From assembly GCA_039811685.1 (NCBI GenBank), contig JBDHZC010000001.1, positions 864,001 through 928,000 of the forward strand: 64,000 bases of DNA, in the 5' to 3' direction. A program made the translations under genes and the position numbers. Of this stretch, positions 28,192 to 36,680 are shown piece by piece. The notes under the pieces are model-generated. The model worked only from the letters and a program-made list of their open reading frames with translations. It had not been told where the DNA came from and ran no database searches. Position 1 is the first letter of the stretch. The number at the start of each line of letters is the position of its first letter. This DNA comes from Armatimonadota bacterium. GTDB taxonomy: Bacteria; Armatimonadota; UBA5829; DSUL01.

Positions 28192-28557
28192 TCAAGCTGC
28201 TCGCCTCAAACCCAGCTCCCAGAGCTTGCCGCACACCTCATAAGCGCTGAGCGGTGTCCTGAACAGAACGACTCCTTCGCCCTTGGCTCTCGCGGCCACC
28301 GCAGGCGCGACTTCGCGACTCTGGCAGATGATTACGGCCGACAGCTCTTTCAGTGCGGCCACAGCGACCACATTGAGATGGCTCTGCACGGTGACCCATA
28401 TCTCACCTGAATGAGCCTGCCCCATCACGTCACTCAGCAGGTCTGAGACGTAAACGCCGGTGGCGCGCGTTATGCCGGCGTCTGTGCCGCTGACGTTCTC
28501 TAAGGAAAGCGTCTGCGCAATCTCTTCGAGCAGTCCTTCTGTAATGTATTGTACCAT
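28192..28557 (-). CDS. DRTGG-domain (HPr-kinase N-terminal-like) protein
   Basis: VSDLLSDVM motif; hydrogenase operon context. Confidence 0.85.
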   Translation of the reverse strand: MVQYITEGLLEEIAQTLSLENVSGTDAGITRATGVYVSDLLSDVMGQAHSGEIWVTVQSHLNVVAVAALKELSAVIICQSREVAPAVAARAKGEGVVLFRTPLSAYEVCGKLWELGLRRAA

Positions 28558-28620
28558 TTTTCACAAATCCTGCGAGCGTTCCGGCGTGAATTTGTTTGTT
28601 CAGACAGCCATTTTCTGTTG

Positions 28621-30021
28621 TCAGCTTCGAGGCGCTGGTTCCTCCTCAACGCGAAGAACGCCGTCAGCCCAGGAGGCTATATCCACCTGCTGATGATTCA
28701 TGGCGGGTGGAAGCTTCGAACTCAGCTCCACCAGCTCCTCAGCGAGGTCCTGCACGCGCTTTCTCAGCACAAAAACGCAGTCCGTCTCTCTAGCTTCGTT
28801 GCGGACAATGTCTTCCGCCAGCGCCTGGCACGTCGGAGCGCCGCACGAGCCGCAGTCCAACCCTGGCAGCGTTTCCAGAACTCGCTCCAGACGCTCCACC
28901 CGGCGAATGGCCTCCTCCATGTCATCCGCCAGAGCGGTGATCGAGCGCGGGCTGATCGGTTCGTCATGCCGGAAAATTGAGTCATCCAACGCCTCAACAA
29001 GCTCTTCCAGACCTGGAGCATCTTCTGGTCCCGGGCGCTCAGACAACATTCTGATTCTGCGGCGAGCGATGAAAGGATTCTCGACGGTGAGAACGCCTCC
29101 GACACACCCGCCCGTGCAGGCCAGCGCCTCAACGTAGTCCACCTGTGAAAGTTTTCCGCGCTCAATATCTTCAAAGATGTCTATCACGTTGTGCACGCCA
29201 TCCACACTTATCTGTCGCCCCAGAGCAACGGCCTGATTCTCACCGCCCGCCCTCGCCCATCCGATACCGGAACCGGAAGAGCGCACTCTCGCTTGCGGCT
29301 GCCCGGCAGCTTTGCGATCGCGCATCGCCCTGGACAGCGGACCATACACCTCACAGATCGGAATAGCGCCGTCCACGGCGGACGTCCTGTATCCAACAGG
29401 CTCAGCAACTGCTGATACCTTCCCGGGGCACGGGCTGATAAAAAACAGCCCGACCTCCTCAGGGCTTACTCCAAATCGTCTGGCCGCTTCCGGTCTGGCC
29501 AGTCTGGCCGCTATCCTCAAGGGTGAACACACCGGGACAATGTGGTCCACCAGATTCGGAAAGCGAACCTGAATCAGCCGTATCACCGCCGGGCACGCTG
29601 AGGATATCATCGGCCGGATCACACCAGGCTTCTGAAGCTCGCGCCGCACGAGAACAGATACAAGATCAGCTCCGAAAGCGACTTCGAACACATCGTCGAA
29701 ACCCAGATCAATCAGCCCTTGCAGAACCTGCTCCGGCTTGATCTGATCGTCAAACTGTCCGTAGAGCGCCGGCGCTGGCAGGGCTACAGTGACCCTGTAA
29801 TCTCGCAGCCTCTCCAGCGAATCCGCAATGGCGGTCTTGGCGTGATTCGGACAAACCCGGATGCACTCACCGCAGTCAATGCAGCGCACGTCCAGAATCT
29901 CCGCCTTTCCGCGGCGAACACGAATAGCCTCAGTCGGGCAGTGCTTAATGCAATTTACGCATCCCCGACACTTCTCTTCTATGAGCCTTACGGCGTGAAA
30001 AACGCTGTTTTCATGCTCCAT
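28621..30021 (-). CDS. Divergent [FeFe]-hydrogenase-like protein (group D / putative sensory type)
   Basis: 2x[4Fe-4S] N-terminus; altered H-cluster motifs SSACPA, SPCPGK, LACTGGCVGG; C-terminal LPGLDCGSCGAPTC FeS domain. Confidence 0.88.
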   Translation of the reverse strand: MEHENSVFHAVRLIEEKCRGCVNCIKHCPTEAIRVRRGKAEILDVRCIDCGECIRVCPNHAKTAIADSLERLRDYRVTVALPAPALYGQFDDQIKPEQVLQGLIDLGFDDVFEVAFGADLVSVLVRRELQKPGVIRPMISSACPAVIRLIQVRFPNLVDHIVPVCSPLRIAARLARPEAARRFGVSPEEVGLFFISPCPGKVSAVAEPVGYRTSAVDGAIPICEVYGPLSRAMRDRKAAGQPQARVRSSGSGIGWARAGGENQAVALGRQISVDGVHNVIDIFEDIERGKLSQVDYVEALACTGGCVGGVLTVENPFIARRRIRMLSERPGPEDAPGLEELVEALDDSIFRHDEPISPRSITALADDMEEAIRRVERLERVLETLPGLDCGSCGAPTCQALAEDIVRNEARETDCVFVLRKRVQDLAEELVELSSKLPPAMNHQQVDIASWADGVLRVEEEPAPRS

Positions 30022-30040
30022 CGCATTGTCCGCTGACCCT

Positions 30041-30481
30041 TCACCCGTTGGTCCGGAACTGCATCTTCACTGTCGTCCCCTGCCCAACGACACTGTCGAT
30101 AGAAAGATCATCCGCGCAGCGCGCCATATTTGACAGCCCCATGCCAGCGCCAAAGCCCATCTCGCGAACTTCTTCACTGGCCGTTGAGTAGCCCGGCTGC
30201 ATGGCCAGATCGAGATCAACAATACCGGGACCAACGTCAGAAACAGTAATCTGAATTGCGCATCTGTCCGCGCTCAGATCTATCCGGCCGCTCTGTGCGT
30301 GAATCACGACGTTCATCTCCGCCTCGTACGTCGCCACGCTTGTGCGCCGGATTGTCTCCACGGGGGCGCCTATCTGCTGCAAAATGCGCCGGATCTTGCT
30401 GGACACCTCACCCGCGCGTGAAAAATCCTGTCCCGCAATCTCAAAGCTTTGGACAAGCTGTTCCAGAGGCTCTATTGTCAT
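30041..30481 (-). CDS. RsbT/RsbW-like anti-sigma-type Ser/Thr kinase
   Basis: YEAEMNVVIH, DVGPGI, GFGAGMGL; TGATG coupling to the upstream gene. Confidence 0.88.
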   Translation of the reverse strand: MTIEPLEQLVQSFEIAGQDFSRAGEVSSKIRRILQQIGAPVETIRRTSVATYEAEMNVVIHAQSGRIDLSADRCAIQITVSDVGPGIVDLDLAMQPGYSTASEEVREMGFGAGMGLSNMARCADDLSIDSVVGQGTTVKMQFRTNG

Positions 30482-30921
30482 CACAGAGACCCTCGAGAGT
30501 TTCCCGTAGTTCTTTGAACCGACCGCCTGCCATCCTGAGCGGCCACACTGAGCCAGTGGTCGTTCGGATCCCGGCGGTCGAGCAGTCCGGGCAGACCGGC
30601 CTGGTAGAGCAGGCCACATGCTTCATAGAGAGGAAATGGCGAGCTGAACAGCGGAAGACCCATCTCATCGGCCAGCTTGACGGTGACGGCGTCTGGCCAC
30701 TTGTTGCGGACAAATACGATAGCCTTCAGATCCACCATCTCGGCCGTGCGCACAACCTGAGGCGTACAAAGACCCGTGAGCAGCACGCTTTCGGGCTTGG
30801 TAAGAGCGAGAACGTCGCTCATGAGGTCGCTGGCGCCAGCGTTCTCAATGTGCTGATCCAGGTTGGCCACGGACGAAACGGACGTCGCTGTGAGTAGTTT
30901 GACTATATCTGCTAAAAGCAT
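30481..30921 (-). CDS. DRTGG-domain protein, first gene of the hydrogenase operon
   Basis: GASDLMSDVL, LLTGL, VVRTAEM. Confidence 0.87.
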   Translation of the reverse strand: MLLADIVKLLTATSVSSVANLDQHIENAGASDLMSDVLALTKPESVLLTGLCTPQVVRTAEMVDLKAIVFVRNKWPDAVTVKLADEMGLPLFSSPFPLYEACGLLYQAGLPGLLDRRDPNDHWLSVAAQDGRRSVQRTTGNSRGSL

Positions 30922-31014
30922 GTGCCTGATCCTGGCCCCGCGGCGGGCCAATCCGAGATTGGCTGGCACCCCATTGTGACGGCTGAGCAAGACGCCGACT
31001 CTGGAAACTCGAGT

Positions 31015-31032
31015 TCGTGAAATTAATCACGA
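31015..31032. promoter_or_regulatory. Rex-like operator upstream of the hydrogenase operon
   Basis: 18-bp palindrome TCGTGAA-ATTA-ATCACGA vs Rex consensus TTGTGAA-N4-TTCACAA; 7 bp downstream of a minus-strand TAAAAT. Confidence 0.72.
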
Positions 31033-31039
31033 CATGACT

Positions 31040-31068
31040 ATTTTAGGCTTTGTTCGTGAACTTGAAAA
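31040..31068 (-). promoter_or_regulatory. Putative sigma70 promoter of the hydrogenase operon
   Basis: TTTTCA-17 bp-TAAAAT on the minus strand in an AT-rich patch. Confidence 0.5.
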
Positions 31069-31378
31069 TAGTCCAAAAGTCCTGTAGCGCCATGATTCCA
31101 GTCACCCATTACGCGGGTCCGCACCCTTCGATTCTGAGATGTTGGTAACTCACTCTGCCTGCACCGGACACACAGTCGTGTTGCACAGGCACACACAAAT
31201 GTGAACGGCTATACATGGAGCGCAAAACAAGATAGAATAGGCGAGCGTCCTATGTGCGCGGGGAGGACAGGAAGTTCAGACCCTGTGCGCACCGCTTGTA
31301 AGGCTGCACTCGATGCTGAAGCTCAGTTGAGGGTGCGAAAGTGTAAACAGGACACAGGACAAGGAGGTTATCACGACA

Positions 31379-32458
31379 ATGAGCGCGTTTTCCCGCTCCC
31401 TCACAACCGCCGTCATCATCGGCTCTCTTTGCGCTAGCGCGGCTCCAGGCGCGGTCAAGGCAAAGCCCAAAGCGCCCGTCAAGCCCACTGCCAGGAAGAC
31501 CACTCCTGCCAAAGCGGCTGTTCAGGCTCCAGCAGCTTACGGGCCTGCCATAGACATCGCAAGTGAGCCTCTGCGCGATGAGATTGCGCACGCCGTTGAG
31601 CGCCTGCAACTGTTCACGACAGCTTCAGGGAAGTTTGCGCCGTCATCGGCAGTGAAGCCAGCAGAGTTGTCGAGCATTCTCGCCAAAGCCGCTGCCAAAT
31701 ACCCTCAGGTATTTCGCACCCCACCAGCTCTCAAGGGCACAACTCTCACGCGTGAGACGGCGGTCAGCGCGGTGGCGCAGTCATTGGTAAAGTGGGATAG
31801 CCGCCAGGCCATTCTGCTGGAGACGAATGCCGTTAAAGACCCGCTGCGCTACTTCTTCGAGGACAATGGATTCAAGGATGGAAAGTCTGTGACGAAGAGC
31901 GCTCGCGAGGCTTACGCAGTTCTGATTTATGACGGGGTCATTCCGGATACAAAGGAACTGCTGCCGCTGAAGCCCTGTACGCGCGCGTACGCCGCAGCTC
32001 TTGTCGCCCGCGCCATTCCATCAGTTAACGGGTTCAGTGGTCTGGCCCTTGACTGCAACGGTGAGGTTCTACCGGCAGCCGGAGGTATCCGCGTCAAGCT
32101 GGAGACGCAGGTCGGCAAACAGCAGTTCCTTTTTCCGCTCAACGGCCGATTTCCGTCCCGGACATTCAACCAGGCGCCGGGGCTGGCGTCTATCAACCCG
32201 AAAATTGACGTGATCAAGAGCAGGCGCGTGGGCGCAAACCCGCTGGTGATTACAGCCCAGCGTGTGGAAGGCAATCTGCAGACTGAGGGCGCTCCTTCAA
32301 TTATCATTTCGGAAGCGGATGCGGCTGTTATAGCTGAGATGGCGAAAAACTCACTTCTGCTGCAGACGTGGAAGGTCGGGGCGTACAACTTCTACAGGAC
32401 AAAAGCGCAACAGCAAGCGGCGCAGGCCGCCCAAGTGCTTAACTCCGCATCGCTGTGA
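31379..32458 (+). CDS. Secreted hypothetical protein with degenerate SLH-like repeats and an LPP20-associated-like C-terminal domain
   Basis: Signal peptide, K/P/A linker, LTRETAV and FKD...GVI...CTRAYAAALV SLH-like blocks; strong AAGGAGG RBS. Confidence 0.7.
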   Translation: MSAFSRSLTTAVIIGSLCASAAPGAVKAKPKAPVKPTARKTTPAKAAVQAPAAYGPAIDIASEPLRDEIAHAVERLQLFTTASGKFAPSSAVKPAELSSILAKAAAKYPQVFRTPPALKGTTLTRETAVSAVAQSLVKWDSRQAILLETNAVKDPLRYFFEDNGFKDGKSVTKSAREAYAVLIYDGVIPDTKELLPLKPCTRAYAAALVARAIPSVNGFSGLALDCNGEVLPAAGGIRVKLETQVGKQQFLFPLNGRFPSRTFNQAPGLASINPKIDVIKSRRVGANPLVITAQRVEGNLQTEGAPSIIISEADAAVIAEMAKNSLLLQTWKVGAYNFYRTKAQQQAAQAAQVLNSASL

Positions 32459-32510
32459 CACAGAGGCTGTGGAGCTGACGCCAACCGGGACAGAGCTCAA
32501 TCGCCTCTGC

Positions 32511-32897
32511 TTATAGTGGCGCGTAGAGGGTGCCGGAAGCTGCGACAAAGGAGACTCCAGGCGGATGAAGGAAAGCCGGACAGCGGAGAGATTGGGCGGA
32601 TAAGACGAATTTTCCGCGAGCATCGAGGCTGAAGGGATGGGCAAAGTGCGAAAGCTTGCGGCATAATCTACCACAGTAGTCGAAGCTCGTCTGTCTGTGC
32701 ACGTATTGAGACAGCTCTAAGCGCACTCGGGCATCTTCTCCTGGGGCGCGCGGCACGAGGAGCGTAGACGAACACCATGTCCACTGATCTCTCTGAATGT
32801 AGACACGGTCGCCAGGGTGCACCCCTGATACTCCGGCATCTCCGCGGTCTCTAGCTACCAAAGCGCTGGAGACCTCAGGGTTCCGGCGCGTATTCAC
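32511..32897 (-). CDS. Possible hypothetical protein
   Basis: 128-codon ORF filling the gap between genes; no recognisable motif. Confidence 0.3.
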   Translation of the reverse strand: MNTRRNPEVSSALVARDRGDAGVSGVHPGDRVYIQRDQWTWCSSTLLVPRAPGEDARVRLELSQYVHRQTSFDYCGRLCRKLSHFAHPFSLDARGKFVLSAQSLRCPAFLHPPGVSFVAASGTLYAPL

Positions 32898-33001
32898 AGG
32901 CTCTCCCCCGACGGCCGTCTGGTAATGCGGACAGTCACTGCGTCACTGCGGCGTGTAGAACAGACGCGCGTGCCTGTACCGAGTGCGGGAGGATTTGCCT
33001 G

Positions 33002-34399
33002 ATGGCTGCGACAACTCAGGAAAACCTGGCACAAACACTGCGCAACGCTTTGCGGCATCCGCCGGGCGAAGGTGGCGCACTGGCCATGACCGCTGCCCTC
33101 CGCGCGAAACACCCGGCTGACATCGCCGACGCTATGCAGGAGCTGGAGCGGGCTGAAGCTCTGGCAATCTTCAACTGGCTGGACAATGCCCGCGCCGCGG
33201 ACACCCTTGTTGAGATTGACCCTGAACTGGTGCGCTACATTCTGGACAACGCCCCACCCATCCGGATTTCTGACCTGCTCGACCGCATGCCTATGGACGA
33301 CGCAGCAGAGGTCATTTCCGAAGCTGACCCTGACACGGCTGAAGAGTTGCTGGCGGAGTTGTCCGTGCGCTCTCCAGAGGATGCGGCGGATGTGCGCGAA
33401 CTCCTCTCCTACGAAGAAGGCACTGCCGGGCGTCTGATGAGCGATAAGTACATTCGGCTGGCTCCTGATATGACCACTGATGAGGCTCTGGTGGAGGTGC
33501 GCAGCGCGGACCCGGAGATCGAAACCCTGAGCGCGCTTTACGTGGTTGCCCCCAACCACAACGGGGCGCCAGGCGAGGACCGTCTGATCGGAGTCCTTCC
33601 TTTGCGCGCTCTGTTACGGGCAAAGCCGTACAAGAAGGTTGCCAATCTGATGGACCGCAACCTGATCACGGTCTCTGTGGATACTGATCAGGAAGAGGTC
33701 GCTCGAACTATCGCGAAATATGACTTCGTAGCAGTGCCAGTGCTGGACCACCGCGGAATGATGGCTGGCATCGTGACAGTTGACGACGTTCTGGACGTCC
33801 TGCAGGAGGAGCAGACGGAAGACGTGCTGAAGCTGGGCGCTGTCGCAGCGTCGGAGTACTCGTACGCCCACACAGGAGTGCTGGCGACAGTCAAACAGCG
33901 CTTCGGATGGCTGCTGCTGCTGTTCGTCGCGGAGACCGCGACAGGCACAGTGCTACGGCACTTTCAGGACGAGCTCGCGAGGGTTGTGGCGCTGTCGTTT
34001 TTTGTGCCTTTGCTGATCGGAACTGGCGGCAACGCAGGCGCTCAGACTGTCACGACAATCACGCGCGCGCTGGCGCTGGGCGAAGTGGAGTTTCGCGACC
34101 TGATGAGAGTGGTGATGCGTGAAGCCAGTACAGGCGTACTTCTCGGCAGCGCGCTTGGCGCTGTGGGCTTTGCCCGGGCGCTGGTCTGGAAAACCGGGCC
34201 AGACCTGGCGTTCGTTGTGGGCATTTCGATGGTGGTGATTGTGCTGTGGGCTGTCACAGTGGGATCCGTGCTGCCAATTCTGTTCAAGCGAATAGGATGG
34301 GATCCGGCCGTGATGTCCGCTCCTTTCATCACGACACTGGTGGATGCAACGGGGCTGTTCTTCTATTTCACAATCGCAAAACCCCTTCTGAGGCTGTAG
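33002..34399 (+). CDS. mgtE: Magnesium transporter MgtE
   Basis: MgtE_N (HPADIA), CBS pair, GGNAGAQ, DPAVMSAPFITTLVD. Confidence 0.96.
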   Translation: MAATTQENLAQTLRNALRHPPGEGGALAMTAALRAKHPADIADAMQELERAEALAIFNWLDNARAADTLVEIDPELVRYILDNAPPIRISDLLDRMPMDDAAEVISEADPDTAEELLAELSVRSPEDAADVRELLSYEEGTAGRLMSDKYIRLAPDMTTDEALVEVRSADPEIETLSALYVVAPNHNGAPGEDRLIGVLPLRALLRAKPYKKVANLMDRNLITVSVDTDQEEVARTIAKYDFVAVPVLDHRGMMAGIVTVDDVLDVLQEEQTEDVLKLGAVAASEYSYAHTGVLATVKQRFGWLLLLFVAETATGTVLRHFQDELARVVALSFFVPLLIGTGGNAGAQTVTTITRALALGEVEFRDLMRVVMREASTGVLLGSALGAVGFARALVWKTGPDLAFVVGISMVVIVLWAVTVGSVLPILFKRIGWDPAVMSAPFITTLVDATGLFFYFTIAKPLLRL

Positions 34400-34415
34400 G
34401 AGCGGCGAAGAACTG

Positions 34416-34448
34416 GGCGAGCCCGACGCCGCAGCGCGCCGGCTCGCC
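34416..34448. terminator. Hairpin between the convergent mgtE and cytochrome c genes
   Basis: GGCGAGCC...GGCTCGCC inverted repeat; no clear U-tract. Confidence 0.35.
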
Positions 34449-34466
34449 GAAGGACAAAGAGCGCTT

Positions 34467-34865
34467 CTACTTGCGCGAGGTGAGATAGGCAGCTATCGCA
34501 TGCGCATCTGAGGCGTGCATGTGGAACTGCGGCATTGGCGGCCCGAGCGTCTTGCCATCAGGTGTGCGCCCCGTCGTGAACAACCTGGCCAGGCCATCCA
34601 CACCGAAGCGCTTCAGAGACTTTGCGTTCAGTGGCGGTGCAGTGTTGCGCCAGTTTGGAATGTGGACGGTGGGCTTGAAGGGGAGCCGCGCGCCGGTCAA
34701 ACCCTCCCCGTGACAATCCACACACATAGCGAGTGAGTGCGTGAGATAACGTCCCCGCTCAATCTCCTGTTTCTGGCTCGACCTGGAGCTAAAGACAACC
34801 GCGCCCAACACAACCAGAATGCTGACTGCTGTCAATGTCAGTAAAGACTTGCGTTTTCGGATTAT
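34467..34865 (-). CDS. Monoheme cytochrome c (probable ATA start; first canonical start is TTG 34835)
   Basis: CVDCH heme motif, PPMP distal Met, signal/anchor helix; AGGAGG 9 nt before ATA. Confidence 0.85.
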   Translation of the reverse strand: MIRKRKSLLTLTAVSILVVLGAVVFSSRSSQKQEIERGRYLTHSLAMCVDCHGEGLTGARLPFKPTVHIPNWRNTAPPLNAKSLKRFGVDGLARLFTTGRTPDGKTLGPPMPQFHMHASDAHAIAAYLTSRK

Positions 34866-35081
34866 TTGTAGTTCCCTCCTACGTTTTCTCTCAATAGTCC
34901 CGAGATACTCGACTATCCCGATCTGTTCTTATAATGAATAATCAGAGATCGACGTGTCAACATCCACGTTTTTCCGCAACTCAAGACGAAGAGAATCGGT
35001 ATCCAGGACGGACAAACGGGACGCACTGAGAAGTGCCACGGGGAAGGTGCGGTGGATCGAGAACCGCGCATGGCTGCCAGC

Positions 35082-35142
35082 TTGCTAACAGGCGCCCGTT
35101 GGAGTATTCTCCTTGGCGAATGCTTGAGTTTCATCTCAAGCA
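35082..35142 (+). promoter_or_regulatory. Putative sigma70 promoter plus downstream palindrome for the DUF1080 gene
   Basis: TTGCTA-17-TATTCT, then TGCTTGAG-TTTCAT-CTCAAGCA. Confidence 0.5.
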
Positions 35143-35166
35143 ATTTCAGCACACGAGGTAAACACA

Positions 35167-35796
35167 GTGAGCAACGTTTTGTTTAAGGGCGATGAGCCGA
35201 TCCCGTCAGACGCTATCGTTCTTTTTGATGGAAGCAGTCTGGCTGGCTGGCATAAGAGAGGCTCAGACGAGAAGGCGGGCTGGAAAGTCGAAAACGGCTA
35301 CATGGAAGTTGTGCCGGGCACGGGCGACATCTGCACGCGCGAGCTGTTCGAAGACGTGCAACTGCACGTTGAGTTCTGGCTGCCTCTGATGGCAGACTGT
35401 GAAGGGCAGGCAAGGGCCAACAGTGGCGTCTATCTTCAGGGGCGCTATGAGGTTCAGGTTCTGGACTCTTACAAGCTGGACCCACAGCTGAACGACTGCG
35501 CTGCCTTCTACACGCTGGCGGCGCCTTGCGTGAACGCAGCCAGGCCTCCGGAGAACTGGCAGAGCTACGACATCTTCTTTCACGCCCCGCGCTTCAATGA
35601 GCTTGGCGTGAAGACCCAGAACGCACGCGCGAGTGTCCTGTGGAACGGAATATGGGTCCACCACAACCTGGAGATTCCGGGCCCGACGGGTGGAGAGATT
35701 GATCACGATTTCATCAAGCCCGGGCCGCTTCTGTTGCAGGATCACGGCAACCTGATTCGCTTCCGGAATATCTGGGCGCGAAAGCTGGGCTGCTGA
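35167..35796 (+). CDS. DUF1080 / 3-keto-disaccharide hydrolase family protein
   Basis: LFDG, NSGVYLQGRYEVQVLDS, LQDHG, FRNIW. Confidence 0.9.
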   Translation: MSNVLFKGDEPIPSDAIVLFDGSSLAGWHKRGSDEKAGWKVENGYMEVVPGTGDICTRELFEDVQLHVEFWLPLMADCEGQARANSGVYLQGRYEVQVLDSYKLDPQLNDCAAFYTLAAPCVNAARPPENWQSYDIFFHAPRFNELGVKTQNARASVLWNGIWVHHNLEIPGPTGGEIDHDFIKPGPLLLQDHGNLIRFRNIWARKLGC

Positions 35797-35819
35797 GCTA
35801 AAGCTGTCGCTGTACGATA

Positions 35820-35850
35820 AAAGGCCGGAGTCCGATGGACTCCGGCCTTT
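35820..35850. terminator. Bidirectional intrinsic terminator
   Basis: Perfect AAAGGCCGGAGTCC-GAT-GGACTCCGGCCTTT between convergent genes. Confidence 0.85.
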
Positions 35851-35898
35851 CTCTGTTGTGCGATCTGATAAGCGCGGTCCGTGCGCTCTGCGCGCTGG

Positions 35899-36585
35899 TT
35901 ACTTGCGGTTGACGACCCGATAGTCGTAACGGTCTTTGTTCCTGTAGTCCGTGTGATCCCGGTTGTTGCGATTGTCAGGGTGGCGATCCTCTCGCTGAAT
36001 GGAAACTGGTTTCTTCACCCAGTTACCGCGTGAGTCGCGGTAGTATCCCTGATAATCTCCGTGCGGCGGACCTACAGGAGCGTTGCGATACTGGTTACTG
36101 TCGCAGCTATCGCGGTTTCGCGCGTTGTAGTTCACCGTCGGACCGGCCCACTTGTCGAAGCGGTCGCGGCTGGAGTACGTGTTCCCGTAGCGGTCCCTGT
36201 TGGTATAGGCGCTCTGATACCAATCGCGGCTCGAGTAAACGTCGTAACGACGATCGTTACTGCGATAGTCATTCCTGTCGCGCCGGTCGTTATTCCCGTA
36301 GTCGTAGTAGCTGCCATAGCGATCCCTGCGCCACTTCTCTCGATCCTGCCGCTCGTTTTTCTCGTTGCTGTACTGCTTGTAGGCTACGGCTGCCCCTACG
36401 GCGGCTGCCAGTGCCGGGGTCTTGTTCTTCTTCGTTGCGAGGACAAGAGCCGCCGCGCCGAGCGCAAGGGCTGTGTTTCTGCGCCCGCTCTCGCTGGCCA
36501 CAGCCGCCATCGGAGCTGCCAGGGCGAGCCCGAAAACGGCAATAAGCGAGAAGGACAGTGTCCTGCGGTACTGTAGGATGTTCAA
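35899..36585 (-). CDS. Secreted/membrane hypothetical protein with an R/D/Y/N-rich low-complexity tail
   Basis: Signal peptide, two short Ala-rich helices, repeated NDRR/RDRY units. Confidence 0.75.
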   Translation of the reverse strand: MNILQYRRTLSFSLIAVFGLALAAPMAAVASESGRRNTALALGAAALVLATKKNKTPALAAAVGAAVAYKQYSNEKNERQDREKWRRDRYGSYYDYGNNDRRDRNDYRSNDRRYDVYSSRDWYQSAYTNRDRYGNTYSSRDRFDKWAGPTVNYNARNRDSCDSNQYRNAPVGPPHGDYQGYYRDSRGNWVKKPVSIQREDRHPDNRNNRDHTDYRNKDRYDYRVVNRK

Positions 36586-36680
36586 CGTCGTACCTCTTCT
36601 CTTAGAGTAGCAAAATCTGCACTTCAGATTTTGCGTGTACGTATAGGACGCGCCAAATCAGAAAGGGTTTCCAGAGCGCG

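Noticed and set aside
28549..28566. Second Rex-like site (TTGTGAAAAATGGTACAA, minus strand) at an internal gene start
   Set aside because: One arm matches only 4 of 7 bases and no promoter is evident.
32898..33001. Possible M-box riboswitch upstream of mgtE
   Set aside because: No TAGGTGAGGCT-type core, and the region is short.
35020..35075. GCCACGGGGAAGG, reminiscent of a cobalamin riboswitch
   Set aside because: The other conserved elements (upstream AGGGAA core, B12 box) are not visible and the downstream gene is unrelated; an Rfam scan would settle it.
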